A stretch of 64,000 nt of DNA from a bacterium (GTDB taxonomy: Bacteria > Patescibacteriota > Minisyncoccia > Minisyncoccales > CG1-02-41-26), in the NCBI GenBank assembly GCA_030619905.1, contig JAUXAO010000002.1, positions 129,193 through 193,192 of the forward strand, in the 5' to 3' direction. Within the stretch, counting starts at the first letter, position 1. Each line of letters opens with the position of its first letter. The position numbers and the translations under genes are program-made. Below, piece after piece: positions 41,651 to 48,659 of the stretch. Below the pieces are notes generated by a model. It searched no databases. It saw nothing but the letters and a program-made list of their open reading frames with translations, and was not told where the DNA came from.

Positions 41651-41747
41651 TTTCTATTTATATTATATTTTTAACTCAGGTAACTTGGTAGCTCAAATCG
41701 TGTTCAAGGTAACTGCGGCTATGGAACGATGTTAGAACCTGTTTTAT
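41651..41747. repeat. Dispersed repeat copy E (degenerate nusG-like segment plus core motif)
   Basis: TTTCTATTT...CAGGTAACTTGGTAG...ACTGCGGCTATGGAACGATGTTAGAACCTGTTTTAT aligns with copy D, with a roughly 18-nt insertion. Confidence 0.65.
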
Positions 41748-41762
41748 TGGTTTTTCTTAATC

Positions 41763-42149
41763 TCAAGTACATATTTTGTCCAAAGCAGAAATCAATTTTT
41801 CTTTTAAGTCCTCCAAGTTCTCATATAGAATGATAGTGGTGTTTGGCATTCCTTGGGCAAGCTTTGTAATTTCCTTTTCTCTTTGAAGTAAAAGAATTCT
41901 TTTCAATCCTAAATTAAAAGAAAGACCGATTTCAATTCCAACCCCATGACTTAATTCAGAAACTTCGGCAATTATTAAATCAGACGACTTTAATTGCTTA
42001 AAATCTCTATCAAAAATCTCTTTTGGGCTTCCCCCAATTTCAAAGATAAAACTTTCTAATCCTTTTGACTTCACTATCTTTTCTATTTCTGGTAACAAAT
42101 CAAGTTTATCATTTGTATGGGTAACTGGGCATGTAATATAAACCTTCAT
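41763..42149 (-). CDS. Nucleoside 2-deoxyribosyltransferase-like protein
   Basis: MKVYITCPV... and AEVSELSHGVGIEIGLS resemble the family core (acidic residue plus GxxxExG). Confidence 0.5.
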   Translation of the reverse strand: MKVYITCPVTHTNDKLDLLPEIEKIVKSKGLESFIFEIGGSPKEIFDRDFKQLKSSDLIIAEVSELSHGVGIEIGLSFNLGLKRILLLQREKEITKLAQGMPNTTIILYENLEDLKEKLISALDKICT

Positions 42150-42152
42150 GTC

Positions 42153-42926
42153 TTATAGATTAAATTTCCTTTTTACTTCTTCAAACATATCTTTGTAGAT
42201 ATGCATGCTGACCGAGAAATGAGTATAGGTGCCTGTTTCTACTCCAAGTTCTTGGGCCATATATTTTTGCAAAGCAGTGAAGGCATAAGCATTTTCTGGC
42301 CAGGCATTATACAAGTCATTGGTTTTCATAACCACAAACATATGTAATTTTCCGTCTATTAGTTGAGGATAAAACAAGAGAACGCAAGGCGAGGAAGTAT
42401 CTTTCCTTTTGGGACCAAACTTCATCAGATCCCGAAAGGGAATCCAAGTATGCATTACCACGGTTCTTCTGGTTGGATCTTTCTTTAAAATTTTAATGGC
42501 TTTCTCTACCTGGTCAATTCGCTGCACCACGCATTTTCCATCAGGAGAAATCTTTTTCACCTCTTCTTGCAATTCCTCCTCAGAATCAGTCACGCTTGGC
42601 AAAAAGGCTCTGACTTTACAGTCGGGATAACATCTCAATCTTGAATAATAAGTATAATCAAAACTGTTCTCTTTTTCTTTTCCCGAACCCTGTAAGAACT
42701 TTTTAGCATAATCACTAGCTTGCTCTTTGGTAGCACTTGCTTTATCACTTAGCCGGGGTTCTAAAAAGGGCTCAGAAACCTTAATTATTAAAGGTAAATC
42801 TCTGGTTTCTATCTGATACTCTGGAGCCTGGACATAGCGTGAATGCCCTTCTTCCATTATTAAAGTACAGGCCTTTTCCCAGGCCTCACCTAAAGTTTTA
42901 GCAGCAATTATTTTTGTTTCGTACAT
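42153..42926 (-). CDS. Thymidylate synthase-like enzyme, divergent ThyA fold (archaeal/methanogen type)
   Basis: TRRTVVMHTWIP (compare RR..W.P), SPCVLLFYPQLIDGKLHMFVVMKTNDLYNAWPENAYAFTALQKYMAQELGVETGTYTHFSVSMHIY (compare PCH..QF.V.dgkL..QRS.D..LG.PFN...Y..L...iA...gl..G.......H.Y). The ATG at 42926 avoids a 47-nt overlap implied by the track start 42977. Confidence 0.68.
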   Translation of the reverse strand: MYETKIIAAKTLGEAWEKACTLIMEEGHSRYVQAPEYQIETRDLPLIIKVSEPFLEPRLSDKASATKEQASDYAKKFLQGSGKEKENSFDYTYYSRLRCYPDCKVRAFLPSVTDSEEELQEEVKKISPDGKCVVQRIDQVEKAIKILKKDPTRRTVVMHTWIPFRDLMKFGPKRKDTSSPCVLLFYPQLIDGKLHMFVVMKTNDLYNAWPENAYAFTALQKYMAQELGVETGTYTHFSVSMHIYKDMFEEVKRKFNL

Positions 42927-42930
42927 AGTT

Positions 42931-43779
42931 TTAATCAAACCAGTCGTTTTCATTGACCGGTTCTTTTTTTCCTTCACTTTTTTTCATTTTAAATTCTTGA
43001 TCCTGCTCATAATTCGAATTGTTACGGAGGGCAAACTCGGCTTTCTGAAGCTCTCTGGCTAAATACATTGAGTGTTCCAATTTCTGTTCAAAATCCCCTA
43101 TCAAGTCAAGATTGGCAATTATCTTGCAAATATCTTCTGCTGAATCTCCGATTATCTTGTTCTTAAGTTTATTATCTCGGTAGTGTTCAATCAACAGCTT
43201 GTCTCTGGCCCTATCAATGGAGATAACAAAAAATCCCTTAGGGTCAGGAATCCAGTCCGGGCAAGAATGAGCTTCTATTTCCTTAATTTGTTTAATTTTA
43301 ATTGCCCCGGCCTTAAATCCTTCCTTTCCCTTACTCAAAAGTTCATCTATGATATTCCTAATCTTTTGAGAATCAGTTTCTCCCATAAAGTTTATAGGAG
43401 TAATTTGTTTTCTAAATCTATCAATTAGTTCTCCTGTAATACTTTTTAAATATGGCATATTGCCTTTGGCTCCAATAATTCTTTTTTCCTCATCCACTCC
43501 TTTTTTGATTAAACTTTCAATGGCTTGAGCCACAAAGTGTCCTTTGGATGGCTTTCCGCAAAGAATCAAATACCTGACACTAGGATTAGAAACAATATTT
43601 TGAATTATTTTTTCAATGCCAATATTTTCAGTAACACACTTTCCAATGATAGCCACCTTTTCCATATCTACCTTGATTCCTTCAACCGTGGCATTGGTAC
43701 AAATAGCTATGGGAGATTTCTTGTTTCCCAAGACGTATCTTCCCTCAACCGGCGGCCAGTTTTTGAGGTCTTCTGTCAT
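42931..43779 (-). CDS. MtrA-like corrinoid-binding domain fused to DUF4346
   Basis: WPPVEGRYVLGNKKSPIAICT...IIGKCVTENIGIEKIIQNIVSNPSVRYLILCGKPSKGHFVAQA matches my memory of MtrA (PF04208). C-terminal PDPKGFFVISIDRARDKLLIEHY...LEHSMYLARELQKAEFAL matches DUF4346. Confidence 0.62.
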   Translation of the reverse strand: MTEDLKNWPPVEGRYVLGNKKSPIAICTNATVEGIKVDMEKVAIIGKCVTENIGIEKIIQNIVSNPSVRYLILCGKPSKGHFVAQAIESLIKKGVDEEKRIIGAKGNMPYLKSITGELIDRFRKQITPINFMGETDSQKIRNIIDELLSKGKEGFKAGAIKIKQIKEIEAHSCPDWIPDPKGFFVISIDRARDKLLIEHYRDNKLKNKIIGDSAEDICKIIANLDLIGDFEQKLEHSMYLARELQKAEFALRNNSNYEQDQEFKMKKSEGKKEPVNENDWFD

Positions 43780-43792
43780 GAGTTCTTGTCAA

Positions 43793-44368
43793 TTATTTTT
43801 TAAATTCTTGATTTATTCTGCTAGCTTCGGGTGATTTCTGCTTAGCGTATTTCTGGGTTTTCTTTTTTGAATAAGGGGTCTCGCAAGGAGAAGAAAGAGT
43901 TTCAAAAGTTAGGGCGCAAATTCGCATTCCCGAATACAAAACAACTGGCATAATTCCCAGATTACTAAGTTCCATCACCGCTTTTCCTTGCCAGCCTGGG
44001 TCAAAACGGGCTGCCGTTGAATGAACGATCACCCCCAATCTACCAATGGAACTTCTGCCATCAAGTCGAGCCATTAAGTCATTACTTAAAGTGATCTCCT
44101 CTTTGGTGATTGCTAAAACAAACTCTTTCGGCTGTAATATAAAAGGAGCATCGTCCTGTATTTTAACTTGCTCCATAAACTTCTCAAAATTAACTTTTCT
44201 TTTAAGATCTAAATAGGGGTATTGAGATGGTTTGAAAGTTTTAAAAATATTACCCAAATGTAGGTCCAAAGAGCAAGGTCCTAATTGCTCTTTTAAATTG
44301 GGTTTGGGTTTAATTTTAATTTTTCCCTCCCTAATATATTTTTTTATGTCTTTATCTGAAAGAATCAT
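43793..44368 (-). CDS. dcd: dCTP deaminase (possibly dUMP-forming)
   Basis: MILSDKDI..., GPCSLDLHLG, LDGRSSIGRLGV, VMELSN. Confidence 0.87.
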   Translation of the reverse strand: MILSDKDIKKYIREGKIKIKPKPNLKEQLGPCSLDLHLGNIFKTFKPSQYPYLDLKRKVNFEKFMEQVKIQDDAPFILQPKEFVLAITKEEITLSNDLMARLDGRSSIGRLGVIVHSTAARFDPGWQGKAVMELSNLGIMPVVLYSGMRICALTFETLSSPCETPYSKKKTQKYAKQKSPEASRINQEFKK

Positions 44369-44933
44369 ATTTATATCTTGGTTTAAAGATATTTAAAAAT
44401 TCGGCTTTAAAAACCGGATAATATTTCCATGCAAGCAGAGCTAAAGAAGTAAAAACAGGTACCAAGAAAAGATTGCCCAATAAGTTTACTCTCAGAAATG
44501 GTAATCCCATTATATAACAACGAACCAGTCCCTGCCAAGTAGGAAGATACATACCACTTAAAAGCCACCAGCCAAAGTTAGTATAAAGATAAAAAAATAA
44601 AGAAGCAATTATTCCCATCCCGGTCATCTCAAAAACAAAGCGAGGGTTAAAAGATTTTCTTTTTCTCAAAAGAAAACCAAAAACTCCAATAACAGCAAAA
44701 GCTGACCAAGTAAAAATTAAAATAGACGTGTTGCCAAGATACATATCAGTAATAGCAATAATACCCAAAGGAACCAAAAAGGTAAAAACTCCTCCTAACA
44801 TTGCTCCCCCTATCAGAGAAAAAGAAGTAATAATTTCTAAATTAGGAATTTTAACAAATTCCACTATTAAAAGCCGTCCAATTATACCAAAAAAGATAAG
44901 AAGGAGGGCTACTAAAATTTTTGTTTTTTTCAT
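44352..44933 (-). CDS. Small 6-TM membrane protein, ECF S-component/BtuM-like by size and topology only
   Basis: 193 aa with about six hydrophobic helices. No diagnostic motif. The function is inferred only from its neighbours. Confidence 0.4.
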   Translation of the reverse strand: MKKTKILVALLLIFFGIIGRLLIVEFVKIPNLEIITSFSLIGGAMLGGVFTFLVPLGIIAITDMYLGNTSILIFTWSAFAVIGVFGFLLRKRKSFNPRFVFEMTGMGIIASLFFYLYTNFGWWLLSGMYLPTWQGLVRCYIMGLPFLRVNLLGNLFLVPVFTSLALLAWKYYPVFKAEFLNIFKPRYKYDSFR

Positions 44934-44959
44934 AAGAATTAAAAGGGATTAAAATGTTT

Positions 44960-45391
44960 TTAAAAGGCCGGGGGGACTTCAAATCTCCATTCAATTTTAT
45001 CGCTTTCTTTTATCGTTTTTTTGTCAGCTGCTACCTCTCCCAATTTATCATTAACAAAGTACTGCCAATATTTGTCTTCGGTACCGTTTTTTACCGCATC
45101 AATGGTTTCAACAAATACTCCCATTTCTTTATAAAAAGTTGAACTAAGCTCAAACTTCTCTCTTTGGGAAAGGGTTTCTAATAAAGAAAAAACGGTTGAG
45201 TCCTGAGAAATTTCTATTTGATATTCATTAATTTCTCCATCTCCTTTATTAATTATATATAAAACTTTATTTTGAGTAATTTCACTTAAAGATGCCTGAG
45301 GAACTTTCTCTAAAGAATTGTTTCCCAAAAACAAAATAACTCCCAAAAAGATAATAGGAACAATGATTAATAATGTTTTTTTGTAATTCAT
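44960..45391 (-). CDS. DUF4430-domain protein (transcobalamin/intrinsic-factor-like beta domain), membrane-anchored or secreted
   Basis: N-terminal TM or signal LLIIVPIIFLGVILFL. STVFSLLETL...GVFVETIDAVKNGTEDKYWQYFVNDKLGEVAADKKTIKESDKIEWRF fits the DUF4430 pattern. Confidence 0.72.
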   Translation of the reverse strand: MNYKKTLLIIVPIIFLGVILFLGNNSLEKVPQASLSEITQNKVLYIINKGDGEINEYQIEISQDSTVFSLLETLSQREKFELSSTFYKEMGVFVETIDAVKNGTEDKYWQYFVNDKLGEVAADKKTIKESDKIEWRFEVPPAF

Positions 45392-45399
45392 ATGTTTTA

Positions 45400-45825
45400 T
45401 TAATCTTTGATTTCAACCCCCATATTACGCGCTGTCCCCTCAATAATTTTCACTGCCTTATTGATATCTTTGGTATTTAAGTCTGACATTTTCTTCTTGG
45501 CAATTTCCTGCAACTGGACTCTAGTAATTTTTCCAACCTTGGTTTTATTAGGCACACCTGAACCTTTTTCAATCCCTATTGCCTTTTTTATAAGCTCGGA
45601 AGCTAAGGGACATTTTAATTCAAACTTATAACTTCTATCCTCATAAACAGAAATCTCCACAGGAATAGTAAAACCAGCCTGGTTTTTTGTAGCATCATTG
45701 AATTTTTGACAAAACTCAGAGATATTTACTCCATACTGAGCTAAAGCAGGACCAACAGGTGGCGCTGGCGTTGCTTTGCCAGCTTGAATTTGTAGTTTTA
45801 CGACAGATTGTATTTTTTTTGACAT
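45400..45825 (-). CDS. rplK: 50S ribosomal protein L11
   Basis: [27 protein letters not shown]. Confidence 0.95.
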   Translation of the reverse strand: MSKKIQSVVKLQIQAGKATPAPPVGPALAQYGVNISEFCQKFNDATKNQAGFTIPVEISVYEDRSYKFELKCPLASELIKKAIGIEKGSGVPNKTKVGKITRVQLQEIAKKKMSDLNTKDINKAVKIIEGTARNMGVEIKD

Positions 45826-45835
45826 AGTATTTCAA

Positions 45836-46381
45836 TTATAATTTCTTTATTTGTAGTGAATCTACTTCAACCGGAGTATCTCTTCCAAAGATATTAACCA
45901 AGACTTTTAATTTTCCTTTACTCTCATCAATCTCTGAAATCTTTCCTTCAAAATCTTTAAAAGGTCCATCAGTAACTTTCACCAAACTGCCAATACTTAC
46001 GTCCACTTTATATTTAGGAACTTCAACACCTATCCTCTTTTTCAGATTTTCTATTTCTTTTAAAGAAACAGGAACCGGAGTAGTGCCTGCTCCTATAAAA
46101 CCAGTTACCCTTGGAGTGTTTCTAACTACATACCAAGAATCATCAGTTACTATCATTTCAACTAAAACATAACCTGGGTAAATCTTTTCCTCAACAGTTT
46201 TTCTTTTGCCATTTTTAATTTTAATCTTTTTCTCTTTAGGCACCAGAACACTAAAAATTTTATCTTCCATACCCAAACTCTCAATGCGCTGTTTTAAATT
46301 CTTAGCTACCGCATCTTCGTATCCAGAATAAGTATGAAGAACATACCATTGTTTACCTTGTTGTATTTCTTGTTTTGGCAT
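45836..46381 (-). CDS. nusG: Transcription elongation factor NusG
   Basis: WYVLHTYSGYE (NGN domain) and KOW motif GSLVKVTDGPFKDFEGKI. Confidence 0.93.
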   Translation of the reverse strand: MPKQEIQQGKQWYVLHTYSGYEDAVAKNLKQRIESLGMEDKIFSVLVPKEKKIKIKNGKRKTVEEKIYPGYVLVEMIVTDDSWYVVRNTPRVTGFIGAGTTPVPVSLKEIENLKKRIGVEVPKYKVDVSIGSLVKVTDGPFKDFEGKISEIDESKGKLKVLVNIFGRDTPVEVDSLQIKKL

Positions 46382-46384
46382 ATG

Positions 46385-46597
46385 TTAGAATACAAATCTT
46401 TGTAGGATACCCATAAATATAAAATCTAAACCTCCTAAAAAGGCCGCTATCGTAACCGAGATTACAATAACAATCAAAGTATATCTTATAGTTTCCTGCC
46501 GACTTGGCCAATCAACTTTCTTCCCTTCAGTATAGACCTCTTTCAAAAAGAGTTTAATACTCTGAAGTTTTATTTTTAACCAATTAATAATTCCCAT
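46385..46597 (-). CDS. secE: Preprotein translocase subunit SecE
   Basis: 70 aa. EVYTEGKKVDWPSRQE followed by a single TM helix. Position upstream of nusG. Confidence 0.85.
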   Translation of the reverse strand: MGIINWLKIKLQSIKLFLKEVYTEGKKVDWPSRQETIRYTLIVIVISVTIAAFLGGLDFIFMGILQRFVF

Positions 46598-46605
46598 ATT
46601 CTTAA

Positions 46606-46624
46606 AAAGCCCCTGGCGGGCTTT
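46606..46624 (-). terminator. Hairpin AAAGCCC-CTGGC-GGGCTTT between gyrB and secE
   Basis: 7-bp stem plus a T run on the minus strand. It lies downstream of the promoter-like element, so its role (gyrB terminator or secE 5' stem-loop) is ambiguous. Confidence 0.4.
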
Positions 46625-46633
46625 ATCTATTTA

Positions 46634-46662
46634 ATATTAGCCCCGTTGTTCTATTTTGTCAA
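46634..46662 (-). promoter_or_regulatory. Sigma70-like promoter TTGACA-17-TAATAT upstream of secE-nusG-rplK
   Basis: The minus strand reads TTGACAAAATAGAACAACGGGGCTAATAT. Spacing counted by hand. Confidence 0.4.
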
Positions 46663-46688
46663 CCCTAAAATAAATTATTGATAATTAA

Positions 46689-48659
46689 TTATATATCCAA
46701 ATTCTTCACTTTTTTAGCATGAACTTGAATAAACTTTTTTCGTGGAAAAACTTCTTTGCCCATTAAAACGTCAAATATGTGATCAGCTTCTTTGGCATCT
46801 TCAATTTTAACCTGTAATAATATTCTATTTTCAGGATTCATAGTTGTTTCCCATAATTCATCTGGGTTCATTTCTCCTAATCCTTTATAACGCTGGATAT
46901 TAGGATTAGAGATTTTTTGTTTCTCAAAGGAGGATAAAATTTCCTCTTTGTCAGCATCAGTATAAGCATATTCTATCCTTTTCCCAGATTGAATTTTATA
47001 AAGCGGTGGTTGAGCAATATATAGATGACCTCTTTCAATAATATCTCTAAAATAACGGAAGAATAAAGTCAGAAGCAAGGTTCGAATATGAGCACCGTCT
47101 ACATCAGCATCAGACATTAAAATGACTCTGTGATATCTTAATTTATTTAGATCAAAATCTTGGCTAACAGCTGTGCCTAAAGCAATAATTAATGATTTAA
47201 TCTCTTCGGAGGCTAATATTCTATCGAGTCTGGCTCTTTCCACATTTAAAATCTTTCCTTTCAAAGGTAAAATTGCCTGAAATCTTCTATCTCTGGCCAT
47301 TTTACAACTACCTCCAGCGCTGTTACCCTCCACTAGATAGAGTTCGCACTCTTCAGCTTTTTTAGATGAACAATCAGCTAATTTTCCTGGTAAACTCAGA
47401 CTGCTTAAGATACCTTTTCTTAAAACAGTATTTCTCGCTGCTCTAGCTGCTTTCCTGGCTTTGGCTGATAAGAGACAATTTTCAATTATCGCTCTTGCAT
47501 CTTGAGGATTTCTTTCTAAAAAGTCAAATAAACCCTCTGATAATACCTGCTCAACTGCTGATTTTACTTCTGGATTCCCTAATCTCGCTTTGGTTTGACC
47601 TTCAAATTGAGGATCTTTTAATTTAACAGAAACAACAGATATTAATCCTTCTCTCACATCATTTCCAGCGAAATTTTCATCTTTTTCTTTCAAATAGCCG
47701 TTTTTCCGGGCATAGTCATTTAAAACTCTGGTCAAAGCAGTTCTAAATCCAGTGAGATGAGATCCTCCTTCTTCAGTATAGATATTGTTTGCAAAAGATT
47801 GTTCCAGGACTTCCATTTCCTGAGCATATTGAAAAGCACATTCAACTATAATTCCCTCTTTTTCTCCTTTTACATAAAAAATATTATTATGACGAGGTTC
47901 AGATCTATTGACTAAATACTTTATGTAAGCTTCTAATCCTCCTTCAAAATAAAAATTGTAAACAAAATTAGGAGATATCCTTTGGTCATAAATGGTTATT
48001 TTTATTCCAGAAGTTAGATAAGCCTGTTGTCGAAGGTGATTTAGAATTTTATTGATATCAAATTTTATTTCTTTAAAGACTTCTGGATCTGGCTCAAAGA
48101 CTACAGTAGTACCTCTTTTTTTACAGTTTCCTATTTTACGAACTTTTGTTGTCGGCTTGCCTCGGGAATATTCCTGAGCGTATTTTAAACCTCCCCGACA
48201 AACCTCAACTCTCATATATTTTGACAGGGCGCAAACTACCGAAACTCCAACTCCATGCAATCCACCAGCAACCTGATAAGCCTTCCCACCGAATTTAGCC
48301 CCAGCATGCAAGGTTGTCATTACTGTTTCCAAGGCTGACTTTTTTGTCTGAGGATGCTTATCAACCGGAATTCCCCGACCATTATCTATAGTTTTTACTT
48401 TATTCCCTGCTAACAGATAAAGTTCAATATTTTTACAATACCCTGCCATGGCTTCGTCTAAAGAATTATCTAAACATTCCCAAATTAAGTGGTGCAAACC
48501 TTCTGTACCAGTTGAACCAATATACATTCCTGGTCTTCGACGAACAGGCTCTAATCCTTTTAGCACATAAATGTCCTTGGCTGTATAAGCTTCTTTCTTT
48601 TCTTTTTTAGTTGTAATTTTTTTAGTTGTTTTCTTCATATTCATTTTCTCACTTCCCAT
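46689..48659 (-). CDS. gyrB: DNA gyrase subunit B (type IIA topoisomerase B subunit)
   Basis: GLEPVRRRPGMYIGST, GGLHGVG, TOPRIM ELYLVEGNSAGGS, PLKGKILNV, MSDADVDGAHI. The true start is probably the internal Met at 48638-48644. Confidence 0.9.
   Translation of the reverse strand: MGSEKMNMKKTTKKITTKKEKKEAYTAKDIYVLKGLEPVRRRPGMYIGSTGTEGLHHLIWECLDNSLDEAMAGYCKNIELYLLAGNKVKTIDNGRGIPVDKHPQTKKSALETVMTTLHAGAKFGGKAYQVAGGLHGVGVSVVCALSKYMRVEVCRGGLKYAQEYSRGKPTTKVRKIGNCKKRGTTVVFEPDPEVFKEIKFDINKILNHLRQQAYLTSGIKITIYDQRISPNFVYNFYFEGGLEAYIKYLVNRSEPRHNNIFYVKGEKEGIIVECAFQYAQEMEVLEQSFANNIYTEEGGSHLTGFRTALTRVLNDYARKNGYLKEKDENFAGNDVREGLISVVSVKLKDPQFEGQTKARLGNPEVKSAVEQVLSEGLFDFLERNPQDARAIIENCLLSAKARKAARAARNTVLRKGILSSLSLPGKLADCSSKKAEECELYLVEGNSAGGSCKMARDRRFQAILPLKGKILNVERARLDRILASEEIKSLIIALGTAVSQDFDLNKLRYHRVILMSDADVDGAHIRTLLLTLFFRYFRDIIERGHLYIAQPPLYKIQSGKRIEYAYTDADKEEILSSFEKQKISNPNIQRYKGLGEMNPDELWETTMNPENRILLQVKIEDAKEADHIFDVLMGKEVFPRKKFIQVHAKKVKNLDI

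Noticed and set aside
35831-41747. The dispersed core motif as integron attC sites, or as group II intron domain V/VI
   Set aside because: The core (GGTTCTAAC on the gene strand) only partly resembles RYYYAAC, and I found no matching inverse core or imperfect-palindrome architecture. No intI is in the window. The sequence upstream of GGTTC does not form a domain V hairpin.
46606-46662. Attenuator or leader structure for secE-nusG
   Set aside because: A promoter-like TTGACA-17-TAATAT sits upstream of a hairpin plus U run. With only hand inspection I cannot distinguish a gyrB terminator from a 5' stem-loop. Both are reported as low-confidence features, not as a finding.
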